Below are positions 1-15,129 of a stretch of 64,000 nt of DNA, piece by piece. The notes beneath the pieces are model-generated. The model was not told the DNA's origin. It did no database searches and saw nothing but the letters and a program-made list of their open reading frames with translations. The first letter of the stretch is position 1. Every line of letters begins with the position of its first letter. The DNA is from the human T2T-CHM13v2.0 reference genome, Homo sapiens. The stretch is taken from the NCBI RefSeq assembly GCF_009914755.1, contig NC_060928.1. The stretch is one strand, 5' to 3'. A program made the position numbers and the translations under genes.

Positions 1-196
1 AAATATAATTTTTAGATGGCTATTTAATAACAGCACTTGGATATATAGTAACTTTACTGACTCACTCCTCTCCTGGATCAGATTATTTTCATATTTTATT
101 CAGGATAGTGTGATTCATTCAATACAAAAAATAAAAACTAGATAAATGCAAGACTTGCTTGTCCACTTCTAAATTTAAATTAAAATATATAATTCA

Positions 197-358
<162 letters not shown>

Positions 359-498
359 CTAAAGAAAAATTTTAAGAAATAATAACAATGCAATATTAAT
401 GTCAAAAAACATGACTGATGAGCATACTTTTTTCTAATTTTCTCAGAAAAAAACTTTCATTTTGAGGCATACAAATAGTACATAAATGAGACACTCAC

Positions 499-553
499 TT
501 TTCCAGTTAATGAAGAAGGGAATTCAGATTCAAATTTGTTGCTCAGTCCAAAT
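499..553 (-). CDS. CHIC2: CHIC2 coding exon 2
   Basis: Reads (A)TTT GGA CTG AGC AAC AAA TTT GAA... = FGLSNKFESEFPSSLTGK. T-rich tract plus AG acceptor at 555-554, GTGAGT donor at 498-493. Its phase matches exon 1 (GT|A = Val). Confidence 0.97.
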
Positions 554-1794
554 CTATTTTAAAAAATAAGAAGAATATGTTATTACATGTTATTGTTGCC
601 AAAAATGTAGACCATTTAATTTAAAGGTCAAGTCAATAGAAAGCATTTTCACATATGGAGGAAGTTTTAGACATAAAATGGAAGTTTGAGATAAAATAAC
701 TGTAACAAGCAATTTATGAAATGTAACAATTATTTTAGCAGTTAAATGGAAACTTTTGCATAATGATAAGGGGCTGAATGTTAATTAACCAGCAGTATGT
801 AAACAAAAATATAAATGGTTCATTTAATTTGAGCTACCAACTTTATATCTTAAAAAGTAACTACAAAGCATATTATTTTAATGGGTGGGATAGCGATTTT
901 TTCCAGCTTTTAATGTTATTGGTGGAAACAAACAATACCTGTGAATTTTAGCAGGTGTCCTACACAAGCAATAAGATGAGAAGGAAAAATGCAGGAAAAA
1001 GAGTGAGGAGGGGAAGAATAAGGAAAAAGGGAGAGAAAAAATAAAAAAGTAGGAATGGACAAAGTGCTACCAAGAACCGTCTTAGGTTCCATTGAACACC
1101 TATTTGTCAGTGCATTAGATGGTATGAAAGAAAATGTAGACGTGTACTATACCTATATCTATTCCTATTACCTAAAAGACCTTTTCTTGAATCATGGTTA
1201 AAATATTCCATGGCTTTAGAATTGATAAAAGATTTAAACTATTTTCAAAGAATGGTAAATATAACAAGAAGATAAAAGACATAATAAAAACAACCTATCT
1301 TGCTTTTATCTATCAGAAGTCTACCAGTACTTGGAGAACAGAGAATTCATTCAAATCACAACTACTGAGCACATTCCATGCAACACTTCAGTGCAGGCTT
1401 TTATGGCTTTTACAGCTTCCTTTGTTTCCTTAAGAAATCACACACGAGACCAATTTTACTTTTATATAATTTGAGATAATTTTGAAAGTTCATGTAATAC
1501 ACTGTAAAGTTTTGAAGGGGGGACTCCAACTTTACACCTAAATCTAAATGGAATCTTGAAACAGGCTTGTTTTACTCATATCCCACATACATCCATTTCA
1601 CTATCTCTACATTCCTCCAGTCTATAGTCATAACTCTGCAAACCACTCCAATCTGTTATCCTGCTTTCTCATGATCATCATATTCAAGTTTATCTTTCCT
1701 GATAGACCTTGAAACCCTCAATCTGTTGATCTGCAGCTATCAGGATACCTCCTTATATCTTATCTTAAAAAACAAAACAAACCTTAAATACATA

Positions 1795-2124
1795 CAGTCA
1801 TGTGCCACATAACAACGTTTCAGTCAGGACATACTAGAAGGTGGTCCCACAAGATTTTAATACTGTATTTTTACTGTACCTTTTCTATGTTTAGATACAC
1901 AAAAACTTACCACTGTGTTATAACTGCCTACAATACACAGTACAGTAACATACTGTACAGGTTTGTAGCCTAAGGGCTATGGGCTATACCATATAGCCTA
2001 GATGTGTAGTAGGCTACACCATTTTAAGTTTGTATACACACACTCTGTGATGTCTGCACAATGATGAAATTGCCTACTGACCCATTTATCAGAGTAGTCC
2101 CCATAGTTAAGCACCACATACTTG
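1795..2124. mobile_element. TcMar-Tigger non-autonomous DNA transposon (Tigger3a/MER7-like)
   Basis: TA|CAGTCATGTGCCACATAAC start, internal TACAGTAACATACTGTACAGGTTTGTAGCCTA motif, and a TA-flanked end. Confidence 0.75.
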
Positions 2125-2199
2125 TATATATCTTCACTTTAACCAAAAACCCTGTTGAAATGCCACTCTTTCCTTAGAAATCCTCAACTACAGTTCACT

Positions 2200-3250
2200 C
2201 CTGACCTTATCTATTCTAAAGAACTTTACCTCCTGCACCTCCATCTAATTCAGCAACCTACTCACTGTGATATATTCTGCATATTGTCATCACTTGGGAC
2301 TGTATCACCTCTGAAATTCTGAACTGTAAAATTCTTCTCTTACCACTGCCATCAATCATTTCATTTCTCCCATCCTTACTAAATTTGTTTTTTGGCCTCT
2401 GGTTGTAATATATTGCTTCCCACCCCTCCATAGCTCCCTATGACTCCATTTCCTTCCTTATTTGCCAGAACTACATAGTCAATCATTTTGAACATACTCC
2501 AACAAACACCTTTAATCATCTCTACAGTGTCCCTTGCCAACCCAGGTTCAATTAAATTGTTTACCTTCTTCACACTGCCTGGAGCTACTGGAGAAAAATC
2601 ACATTTATAAATGTATCACCAATAATAAATATATATATAACATACATATCTTATTTCTAATCTCATGAGTATTATTGTAACAATCTTTATTCATCCCCAG
2701 TAAGTTCTCTTTTCCATGCTCCGTAGTTGTTGTGCCTGTCTTTAGGTACTCCACTTTATCCTCACAACCAACATTTTTTTGCAAATAACCACAGTTGTCA
2801 ACTCTGAGAGAAAAAAATGTCATGGAATATAAACTGCTTTACCTTCCCTCCCTTTTATTTTTGGATTTACTTATATATCTTCAGTATTTTTACCATCTCT
2901 CAATGGAGGAAAGCTTCCAAAAACTAACCATTTACTTCTGAGTGCATCTCCTCCAGTCTCCTCTGCAATTCACTGTATTTCTACCTCGCTTCAGGCTCCT
3001 TAAACATAGCCTACAAACCTGAATTAGTCTATCCACCTGAGGATGTGAATCCTTATTTCTTCTTCTCTCTCAATGTCTGATGGCATCTATTTCTTTCCTT
3101 CCTCAACTAATGTTTTGAAAGACTCCTTTACATTAACTATCTTTACGTTACCTCCCATTCATTATTCAAACTACCACAATCCAGGCTTTCCTACACACTT
3201 CTTTACTAATAAGACTGTTCTCATCAGAGTAGTTGAAAACAACTCTTTTC
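2200..3250 (+). mobile_element. Degraded L2 LINE fragment
   Basis: Pyrimidine-rich sequence with L2-like segments (e.g. ACCACAATCCAGGCTTTCCTACAC...GACTGTTCTC); boundaries approximate. Confidence 0.45.
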
Positions 3251-4518
3251 AGCAAGTCTTCTTTCATATAGCATGCTTTCTCCTGGCAAAGAGCTTGAAT
3301 GTCAGAATTTCTTATTTGGCACAGGCCACAGCAAATATCTCCTTTGCTATGTTTTTCATCCCTGCCAAAACCTTTTTTTTTAATCCAAATCTAGACCAAC
3401 CAAAACAATAGTAGCAGGTAGAATTTTAGCAAGACGGTCTTATTTTATTAAATGGATAGGAAAAGTCACACTTCTTGTTTGATAATATAACTGTAAAATA
3501 TCACCTCTAATGATTTATTTTTGACATAAACCACTTAATTTTGACAATACCTTAGTTCTGGCTTCTTTTTTAAGTTCAGCAGGAGGCAGAGACTGTTAGA
3601 ATGAAAATGGCATCTATGTTTTGTTTTCAATTGACAGCATTATAAATGTACCTACAAGTTTACATAAAACTTTTTATATATGGTAAAAATAATTTCCTTT
3701 ATTCTAAGACAAAGTACAACTGGTTCAGCACAGTATTAGAAAGGCCAAGTTTCATCCCATAAAATAATAATTTGATGTACTTGAAAGAAGAGCAATGATT
3801 CCTGCATTGAGTAGGAAGCTGAACCCCCTTCAGACTCTAATAACCAAACATTCTACTAATCCAAAAAGCCAGAAGTAACACTTGGATAATTTTTAAAAAT
3901 ATGATTTAAAGTAGGTGGCATCTTAATTCAGTTATCTACAAGACTAATTAAATTTTAAAAAATATTTTATGTTGGCAAGAAGGTCAAGATGGAAAAATAT
4001 CACACACTGTCAATGGAACTATAAATTGTTACAACCATTTCAGATTAATTTGGCATTGAAAATATTTATACCTTTGTCATACTGTTTTCTCTTTAGAAAT
4101 GTAATATTACCTAAAAAATAACTTGAAATGTGGATTAAATTTATGCATAAACAAGTTCATTGAATCTTTATTCACAAATATAAATATGTATCTATTTACA
4201 ACATTTTAGGAATGGTTAAGAAAATTATCTTATCTCAATATAACAGAATATTAAACAACCATTAAAAATGAAATTTGCAAACTAAAAACACAGAAATACC
4301 ATTGAACATAAACTTATTTACCTTCCCTCCCTTTCATTTTTAGATTTATTTATGTATCTTCAGTATTTTTACCATCTTTCTCAATGGAGGAAAATGTTGA
4401 AGAAGAAAATTCAATATACCATGATATTAACTGAAAAGAACAAAAATCTTGCAAGTTGATAGAATTTTCAGGAGTGCCATCTGGTAGTATGTAAAACGGG
4501 TCTTAAAAAATATTCCTA

Positions 4519-4828
<310 letters not shown>

Positions 4829-5033
4829 TTCCTACCCTTTGACCCAGTAATTCTACTTCCAGAAATGTATCAAGAGAAAATAGCTGCAGTGGCACAGATA
4901 TGTTAATGAATAATCAAGTATTCTGCAGTGTTATTTTAGGGAGGGGGTATTAAAGACATTTTGTGTCATTTGTTTTTTTTTAAATAAGAGCTATTTTTCA
5001 GAAATGTATAGTTCCTGCTAACTAAATAATTGA

Positions 5034-5348
<315 letters not shown>

Positions 5349-6394
5349 TAATGTACAATACCACCCTAATTTTGTTTTCTTATTTGAATATTTTATTTGG
5401 TATTAACTAGGTATTTTAAGATAAGTAAACAAGGAAATTTAGGTTCACTAATCAATAGTTTTCTTGAATGCATTTCAATGTTTTCCATAGTTCAAGTCCA
5501 TCTAATCCTCTGTCCTTCTTACTTCAGTTTTAACTTCTTCTATGTTCCTTGTATCTCCTCATATTAACAATGTCTCTTGGCATTCACTACTGAGCTATCA
5601 TTTTAAATTAAGACATGTTTTGAACTCATAACGAATTTTGCTTTTTAAATGCAGAAATGCAAGAATCCACTGCTTCAACTTGTTTTGCCCTTAATCAAAA
5701 ATATATGTTCAATGTTTCTTTTCTTCTGAGTTACAGTGATATTTTTAACAGTGAAATTTTTAAAACAGAAATATCTTATAATTAAATTAATTATAATACA
5801 ACAATCTGAAAAGATGCTACACAGCTCAAAACCATGTATACTAGAGAGAGTAGTCTGTTACTCCGCATGCCTAACTAGGAACTCCCTATACTTTGGCTAA
5901 TTAGATCACAAGTGGGCATCTGCTTTAAGAACAGCTAATCCCTGGGCTGGGTAGCAGCACATGGAATGGCAAGGCCAAACAGTCCTGCCTAACTTAGATA
6001 ACATTAACTAACTCAATCAGCTCTCTCTTGAGGTATCTGAACATAAGACAAATAGATGGTAACATGCAGAGCTGACAGAGAGAGGGCTTAAATTGAAGTC
6101 AAGATGTAGTAAAGCCATCGATAATTAGAAATCAAAATAAACTGAAGCCAATAGTAAGCAGAAACTGAGATCACCAGACAAGTAATGATGGGCCAGATCA
6201 GGGAGGGTCTGGTAGAACATTAAAAGGACTCTGAAGGAGATGGGGAACCTTTGAGGGGCCTGATACAGAGAAAAGACTTGAACTGACTTATGTTTTAAAA
6301 GGATCACTATAGCAGATGTACCAAAATGGTTGTATAAGAGGAGAGGCAAAGGTGGAAAGGTGGAGACAGGGGGAAGAAAAAAATATATATATAT

Positions 6395-6520
6395 TTTTTG
6401 TAATTTAGATGGATTCTTGCTATGTTGCCCAGTGTAGTCTCAAACTCCTGGGCTCAAGTGATCTTTCTGCCTCAGCCTCCCGTGTAGCTGGGATTATAGG
6501 TACATGCCACCATAACTGAC
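6395..6520 (-). mobile_element. Alu monomer (FLAM-like) inside an L2 remnant
   Basis: TATGTTGCCCAG...CAAACTCCTGGGCTCAAGTGATC...GTAGCTGGGATTATAGG. Confidence 0.75.
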
Positions 6521-8469
6521 TTAAGAAATACATTAAGCGTAAGGCAGAAGGGAGACTGGCAATTCACTCCAGTCGTGTAGGTGGCAAAATAGGGCCAAAT
6601 TTTGAAGACAGAGCCAAGATGTCAAGACAGAATGGATGTAGTGAAAGAGAAAGAGGAAAATCAAGAATACATCAAAAAGTTTTTGATCTAAACAAACAGG
6701 GTCCTCGATCTGCCATCAACTGAGAATGGAAGGCTGCCGTTGAAGCTGATTTGGGGTGTAGATTATGAATTCCATTTTGGATATTCTGGATTCTGAGACA
6801 TTCCACCTGTACAAATCTATAGATACAGAGAATTTTTATGTTCCTACAGATATGACAAGACCTATGAGCATATGAACTAGAAATTTCAAACTGAACATAT
6901 TGGTTATGCAGATGGCACATGAAGAGAGTGCTTATTTCCTAATGTTGAACTTTGAGCTCAATGAACTCAAATTTTTAGCTAGTTTTGGAGATAAAGTCAT
7001 AACTATGGAAAAAAATTAACAGGCTTTGATGCATATAAATCATGCTTTAAGTTTATCTGGTTGATTCAACATACGTCTGAATATCAATGTAGCTCAAGGA
7101 GGATGGGATCTAATTGAAAGTATACTCTATTTATACAAAAGATACAGAGACCCTGGAGTTGGAGACGTATATTTGGGTTTCAGAATAATTCTAAAAATCT
7201 TAACTCTGTAACCACATTCTGAACAATATTTGAGTTCATCTGGTTTTATGAAAGTTTAATCTCATTCAGGAAACTAGTGAAATCAAAGACTTAATTCTCC
7301 AAAGCATGTGTTAAATTTACTCTATCATAAACCTCACCATTATACATAGTCTTATAATAATCTAGCATTAGCATTTTATCAATTTTTAATTATTAAGGTT
7401 ATAATTTCCATTATTAACAGATTAAATATGTTGTTAAGCAGTGAAAGCTATATAAGTGTATACTGATGAAAATGCACAGTATAACTAACTTCTGGCGATA
7501 TAGGGATGCAGCTGATCTAACTTAACAACTTTTAAATTTTCTGAACTACAGAAAAAAGATTTTTGTATATCTGATTTATACATATTTTAGAATATTCTTC
7601 ATACTTCTATAAATCTTAAGAGCAAAATAATGATGCTAAATTATGTTCATTTAAGCAAAATATATGGTTGAATTGATTTACAATATAGACTAACAAAAAT
7701 ACTCATTTCAAGTAACATTTATAATTGAGCAGTTTAGAAAAGACCAAGAAAGGAGACTGGGTACATAGGAACTCCACCACTGAACTAACCAAGGCCCACA
7801 TTATGACTACAATGCAAGATCAAAGAGAATAAAACAAGAAGTTCTTGCAGGAAGCTCACTATATATAGTACATTCACTTTTTTTATCAATCAAAATAACA
7901 AAGTTAGGTTACCTTCAAGTCCAACCAACTCTATCCTAAGTAGATAGTGGGAGAGAAAAAAAGCTTAAGAACAAAAAAATTATTCTTCAGGGACACTGTG
8001 AGAACATTTCAGCTCCTACGGATGCAACTGAGTTTTAAATGTAAGATATAAAAAACACAATTTTTTTCCTCAAATCTAATGAATCATGTACTGAGGGCTG
8101 TCACATACTACACACCTTACAGCTAAAGGATATCACATTTACGAGGGTTCCCACTTCAAAATCTATGATCTTGTGGGAAACACTCTCTACTTCTGGCATG
8201 TGCTATTCTCTTGGCATACTAGCTGCCCCAGCAGCAGAACAGAAAGTGCAGGTATGCCATCAAAATCACTCCCAGTGAACAGTAAGGGTAGCCAGTTATT
8301 TAACCTCAGCCTACACAAAGCTAAAATTAAAAAATAAACAGACCAAAACAAACATAAGAACTGAGGAATTAGACAGCAAAAGTGGCCACTGCTATGTATT
8401 TCCATACCTCATAGGAAAAGCTGTGAAATTTGATGGTTTACACACAGAACTGTAATAACTCCTTTAATC

Positions 8470-8975
8470 TAGAGATCAACACCCTAGCTGGGGCCACTAT
8501 CATGTCTTATGGAAGCTGCTTCTATAACCTTCTAAATTTCATTCTAATTCCTTTACAATCCTTTCTGGCCCCTACTGAACCCTCCAACCTCATTTCAAGA
8601 CATTATCCCCTTTGTTCACTATATTCTAGCCATAATATAGAGGTATCCTTTCAGTTCCTCAGGCAAGTCAAGCTTGTTTTGGCTTGGAGTCTTGGCACCT
8701 GCTGTTCTCCAGATCCAGGGGCTCCTGACAGGACTCTCATCCTTCCTAAATGTTAGCTTCCTCAGAGAGGTTCTTCCTAATCACATTATTTTCAATCACA
8801 GGATCTCATCCATTTCCTTCAGTGCAACTTTATCAGATAAAATTTGTCTATTAGCTGTAAACTCCATGAGGGCAGAAACTATGTGTGTTTCATTTTGGGT
8901 TTCATTATATACCCAGAGCTTTGTGCAATACCTGGCAGAAAAATGGGCATTTAACAAATACTCATTAAATTACTT
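8470..8975 (+). mobile_element. L2 3' end
   Basis: GTAAACTCCATGAGGGCAG...CCTGGCAGAAAAATGGGCATTTAACAAATA resembles the L2 3' terminus. Confidence 0.6.
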
Positions 8976-9784
8976 ATCAGGAAACCTCAACAAGACAGCT
9001 GATAATCAAAGATTAAGCAAAAAATACTCTGAGAAAACAAAATAAATATTGTAAAACCCAAGCATCAAAACCCAAGCATCTACATTCAACAATCAGGATG
9101 AACTTCTCTTACTTTATATGCAGTTCTAATAAGGCTGGTTGGTTGTTTTGCTTCCAAGAACAGCTGACCAATTACAAAGACAGAAGAAAGCAAACCAAAA
9201 AGAACAGCCCACATATGAAATTTAAATGAAAGTGCCATTTAGAGAAGGTTCTCAAACTCCAACATACCTCAGGGCCACTAAGGCATCACTGTGTATCAAT
9301 CTGATAGCCGCTTTTGATTAAATGATTCCTCTAGTCAATTAGATAATTCTGAGCTATGCTCAGAATCTTGTTTTAAAGCAGAAAAGCATACTTCACATTT
9401 TAGACTGACTTCCCACAAAATGGTAAAGAATAACCAAAAAAATGTGCATGCAGGGTTAAACATCAAAATATGTCATAAGTAATAATTTATTGAATGCCTA
9501 TTAATTAGATAAATTCTGACTCTCACACGTAACCTCTAAGGTGGATATTATCTCTTTCGCAGATGAAAAAACTGAAGTTCGGAAAGGTTAATCTGCTTAT
9601 GGTTACTGTCAGGAAGTGACTGAGAATTGAAACCAATCTGCCTCATATCAAAGACCACACTTTTTCCACAGTACCATCTATTACTTTCCAAATATGTCTG
9701 ATAGAATCACATAACACTCCTACCAAAAATAAAAATCCCTAGACTCTTCCCTTCCAGACCCAATATTCTGATTGGGTCAAAAGT

Positions 9785-9800
9785 CACATACACACATACA

Positions 9801-9842
<42 letters not shown>
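9785..9842. repeat. (CA)n microsatellite with TA interruptions
   Basis: Directly visible. Confidence 0.95.
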
Positions 9843-9845
<3 letters not shown>

Positions 9846-10490
9846 TTACACAGAAGATACCTGAAGGATACTTAAGAGCATCTGTTGCTACATGTTATAT
9901 TTAAAGCTTAATTTTATTAATAAAATCTAAATAGCTTTATAGCAGATTAGAAACCTAAGCCAGACACAGCTATTAGAGATTTGAAAGATTTCTTTCTGAG
10001 TATACAGCTGGCCTAATATCCTGGGCCTTTAACCTGTTGACAGTATAAACTCCAGCTGGAATTCTGCTTTAGAGTAATATTATTTATTTAAATTATTTAG
10101 AATAGTATTTGATTAGTATCATAATAATTACATATAATTTACTTTTCACCATTTAATCCCTCTTTTCCACTTAGCTAGTCATATAAAATTTTAAGTACTA
10201 ATCAATTTCATATCCCTTGGTAGGCAAAAATCCAACACTGAACTCTTTGGACCAAATGTCATATAAATTCTCAAATTCAAATACAGTAAAAACTTTGAAA
10301 CCTCAGTTAATTATCATATTTCTCATTTCTTCAAGAAAATCTGTGCATTAAGAAGTTTTAGTAGTTGGTCCAAATAAAATGCATAGAATTTTTTCTTCAC
10401 ATTACCAAAGATATGTATTATATCAAATTACCAAATTATAATCAAATTAATTTCCTCTCAAACTATATGGAATAAGAAAAATCTCTGGGA

Positions 10491-10800
10491 AGCCACACAT
10501 GGTGGTTTATACATACAATCCCAGCATTTGTGGGGGCTGAGGCAGGAGGAACACTTGAAGCCAGGAGTTCAAAACCAGCCTGGCAATACAGTGAAGCCCC
10601 ATCTCTACAAAAACCAAAAAACTAATTTTTTTAAAAAATTAGCTAGGCATAGCAGCGTGTACCTGTAGTTCTAGCTACTTCAGAGACTGAGAAAGGAGGA
10701 TCACTAGAGCCAGGAGGTCAAGGCCACAGTAGGCTGTGATCAGGCCCCTGCCCACCAGCTTAGGTGACAGGGAAAGATTCTGTCTCTAAAAAAAGAAAAC
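10491..10800 (+). mobile_element. Alu (old, AluJ-like)
   Basis: Diverged dimeric Alu with TSD AAAAATCTCTGG. Confidence 0.85.
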
Positions 10801-13531
10801 AAAAATCTCTGGAGAAAAAAAAAAAAGTTATAAAAAAAAAATCTACCTTAATTTGATAATTTCCTCACAATTACCAGATTTCATTTTTTAAAACAGAGGA
10901 GCTATTTATCTTTTCAGTGTGATAAGTATTCTATTATAGAACATTGTTTGCCTTTGTTCGGAGGTGCAGAGAAGAAAACAGTGATTCATTTGGCAATTCT
11001 GACAAAATCCAAAGATGTATACAATTACTTCATTCATTTAGAAAATATTATAGGAACTATAATATTCTGGACACTATATTAAATAGTAAAGAAAGATCAA
11101 TAGACACAACCTCTGCCCTCAAGAACTTATAGCCTGTGGAGATACATCAATGAAGCCTTCAAAAATTTCAAAACAGAAAGCTTAATCTTTAGAAATAAAT
11201 AGAATGTGTCTTAAATATTATGCTGGGTGGGAGAAAGAAGTAGGAATTATAAAGTTTAACAAAATTGTTTTATTGACATGATTCTGTAATTTGGCAACTC
11301 ACATTCAGGTCTCTTACTGCTAACCACAGCATCTAGCAGCAGTCCTGAAATACTGACACATTTCAAGACAATTTTTTACTAACTCTACCATTTGAAAGAT
11401 CAATAAACACTAAGGTGTTCTTGTGATGTCTCTTATTCAAAAGTCATATTCCATCCCAGTGTAGTTCCCAAACATTTTCAAGTCACATTTCTAAATCTTT
11501 AATCTTCCATAACATATCTGGAATGAAAACAAGCAAAAAGTGGTTTCCGACAGCCATTGATAAAAACTGGTGTTGAAGGATAAGGAATTATTTGTGGAGA
11601 TGGTAAGATTACACCTCAGAAGAGAGTACATGAAGACACGGTAAAATTACAAGAGAATAACATTAGAAACAAACCTCAGCAAAATAACTTGGCTCTATGA
11701 TAGGGCTTGAGTTAGAAGTCAAAGATTATACATACTCTAGGAAAGCCCCAAGTTTGATTCTGATACAAGAAGGGTAGAAAGTGGAGATGGGAGCAAATAA
11801 TGTCTGTTATAATGACAGATTACCTAGGAAATATTGGCCTAAAACTACTTTTAAATTCTAACTTTTAGACTGACACATCCTTTAGAGTTACCACTGTGAA
11901 AAACGAAACTCTTCAATAAATGATCAACATATTTTGCAAATATATTTTGAAGCATAAGGAACTCCATAATTTTAAAATATTAACCAATCTGGTCAAGACT
12001 ACCTAATAGTCTTTTTACAGTATTACTGTTTATTTTAGAAACTATTTTTCCTCATCGTCAATTATATGAGAAGTCACCATGAAAGCAAAAAGGAAATCTA
12101 CTTTTAATTGAATGGTGACTGTAAGCCTTTTAGGTTACATGTACCTAAATACTATGCAATAACAGGAATTTATCATTTATTTTCCTTCCTTCCAATACCA
12201 CTTTCCTCAAAATATGCTTCTGCACAAGATTTCCCCATATTGCTACCTAGAAATCTAACAATGAAGGGAAATATTATACTTAAACAGAAGAATGTCAGAA
12301 AAGAATACTGATCATGAGAGAAGTATAAAAAGTAAGTCTGATTTGGGGGTCACGATGAAAACATTTGTATTTAAAAAAAGGAAAATATTTGCATTAAAAG
12401 CCACTTTAAAGCAGACTTTAGGCAAATTAAACATGTTGCATCCTATGTCACAAAAATCTGATTATGCCTAGAGACTAACCTAGAGAATGGAAGGTAACTT
12501 TCTTTCTCACATCACCACAATGACATGCCAATCACGTCACGTGAGAATACCAGTTTCTAAAATAAACAGTAATACTGTAATATATTAAAGTAGAAAAAAA
12601 GAGCAGAAATAGTCAATTGTAAAGGGCTACTCAAAAGTTACATCTGTGAAAAACATATGGATTGATCTATATCCTTCTAGACTGATCTAGACTACAGATG
12701 ATTCAGTTTACATGGTCAATTACTTTCAAATTGGTAAGGGAAGACTGCTCTGATCAGCACCTAATAAAAAAAAAAGGTGGAGGAGGGGGTGTTAAATTTA
12801 GCCAGTCTTACTACAACTGTTCTAATAGCTCTTCCCATTTATATTTAAAGCAAGAAAAATTGAATGTGCTCAACAGTTATAGTAATACATATGCACCAAT
12901 TCTAAAAACCTTTATAGATGTTAACTGGGCTACCCACTGGCATGGTGTGCTAGTGTGCCTGGGAATTATGCATGACAGAGCCATGTTAAAAAAAAAAGTT
13001 TTCTATTATTACCTATGTCGCCACAAAACAGGTTAAGTTTTCAATGCAGAAAGATCCTTATTGTCATCAAAATACTTCAAACACAGTAATTTAAGCACAT
13101 ACACATTGCTTAGAAATGGAAAAATAAGACTAAGGTGAATCATTGTTATGTTTGATAATGGCAGTTCTAATTTTTTAGTACTTTGTTTTACACCTGTTTC
13201 TCAAAGTGGAAAACTATATCTGAGGAGGAGAATAATAAAAACTAGTATCTATTGAACATAGTACCACACAGTGCAATAAATTCTTTTCATGTACTATCTC
13301 ATTTAATCCTTAATAATCTTAAAAGGTATCGACTATAACTATCCCCATCTCAACTAAAGGTCATGAATAAACAATTTATCCAGGAAGTAGCTGAGATAGA
13401 TTTTAACCCAGAGCCTAGAACCAAGATAAATGGGAGAAGAAGGAAGTTGCTGAGGAAAATCAGAGATTTAACTCACAATGTAGAAAGGCATACTGTTTAT
13501 TGATGATAGATAGTCCCTCCCTATAACCTGG

Positions 13532-13735
13532 AATAGTTTTCAATCTTGGCTACACATTAGAATCACCTGTGAGATTTTATTTATTTATTTATTTATTTAT
13601 TTATTATTTTAACTGTCCACTCCTAGGACCCTCACTTAGTATTTGGCCTTCAACTGGCCTGGGGTGGAGCAAAGACAATGGTCTTTTTTTAAAGACACCC
13701 AGGATTCTAATGGACAGCTAAGTTTGAAAACCACT
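13532..13735. mobile_element. hAT-Charlie MER5-like element with an internal (TTTA)n tract
   Basis: TTTTCAATCTTGGCTACACATTAGAATCACCTG...AAGTTTGAAAACCACT ends. Confidence 0.65.
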
Positions 13736-15129
13736 AATAATTATTTTCTACCCTATTAACCTCTCCACGTAGCCAACTACAATCAAGTTTACTGATTACC
13801 TAGGTTCTGAGCACTTTGCCCACTATTGCATTTTCCACTTGCCCAACAAAGTGCTTAGCTTTTCTTCTCCTTAACAGAGGAAACATTACAACTACAGCGT
13901 CGCCTTTTTAAATGACAAAATTCTCTAGCTTTTCTTTGACATGAGGAATGTAGAAGGAGGGATAGATGGCATGACAAAGTTTGGAAATCACTTCTTTAAG
14001 CATCCACATACTCCTTAGGCTTAAAACAGTGCAAAAAGGTCCTAAAAGTCAAAATAAAATCAAATGGCAGGTTATGAATTCTGTGATATATGTTAAAAGT
14101 TTAATATCCATGATATTTGGTTATACTTCTTAAGCTGGTGACAACACTTAGAAAGTATTATTGTGGTGAATTAAATTCCACTGTCTTGTCATGGTGCTGT
14201 GATGGCAATTATGCAGTGTTTTTACCCTGTTAAGTCACCTGAACATAAACTAACAGGTACTAAAGAAATTAAAGCATTACATAAGCATACTCAAACAACA
14301 ATATGGCTGGTCATACGAGAAATGCAATTATTTTGCTGACAAACTTATATGAGAAGTCTTACTGTTTCCCTAAGTTATTCACAGCACATCCCACTCACTC
14401 TTCACCAAAATATAATGAAGACTATTCCAGACATTCTCAGACTTGCTGGCTCTTTTGTTTCACTGAAAAGGTGAAGAAGTACAGAGATACCTGACAAGTA
14501 TGGAAGTCTGATCTATTATTTGAACAAGAGATCTAAAATGAGAGAGTATCAATGTAATACATCAAGTGGTACAAAACTGTGGACTTCATAGTGAAACATT
14601 ACAAAACTTCCTGCTTCCGGACAGCTCATTATTTGGTTCAAGGCTTCACATTCCTTTGTCATGGTCTTTCCGAAAGCTTTCATTCCTTATTAATATCAGA
14701 CTTTTAATGTTACTAGTGGGACTTTCCAAATTAACAAGCCCCAAGTTCGTGCCCCAAGGAGGAGCTTCAGGACTACAATTTTCCCTCAGTAACCTGAGCA
14801 GAGTGTATGTCCCTCACGTAGTTGTTGTTGTTGTTGTTGTAAACATATTTCTTTCTGTATATCTTAAATTTGTGTTCAACTATATATTTTTATCACGTAC
14901 AATTACAAGAACTTGCATTAGTTCTGCGGAAATTAGTGGAAAAACTGGGAGACCTGTGGGTATGTGTGAAATAGACACGAAACGGAGCTTCGCTGCCAAT
15001 TGTCACTGGGGTCTCACACGGCCCAGATCTGGCCTCTGAGCCATGTCACTGGGTGCAAAGGCACAGACAACCACAGGGTAACTGGGCGAGAAAACAAGGA
15101 GGCTCCCTGTCAATACACGTACTTCCACC

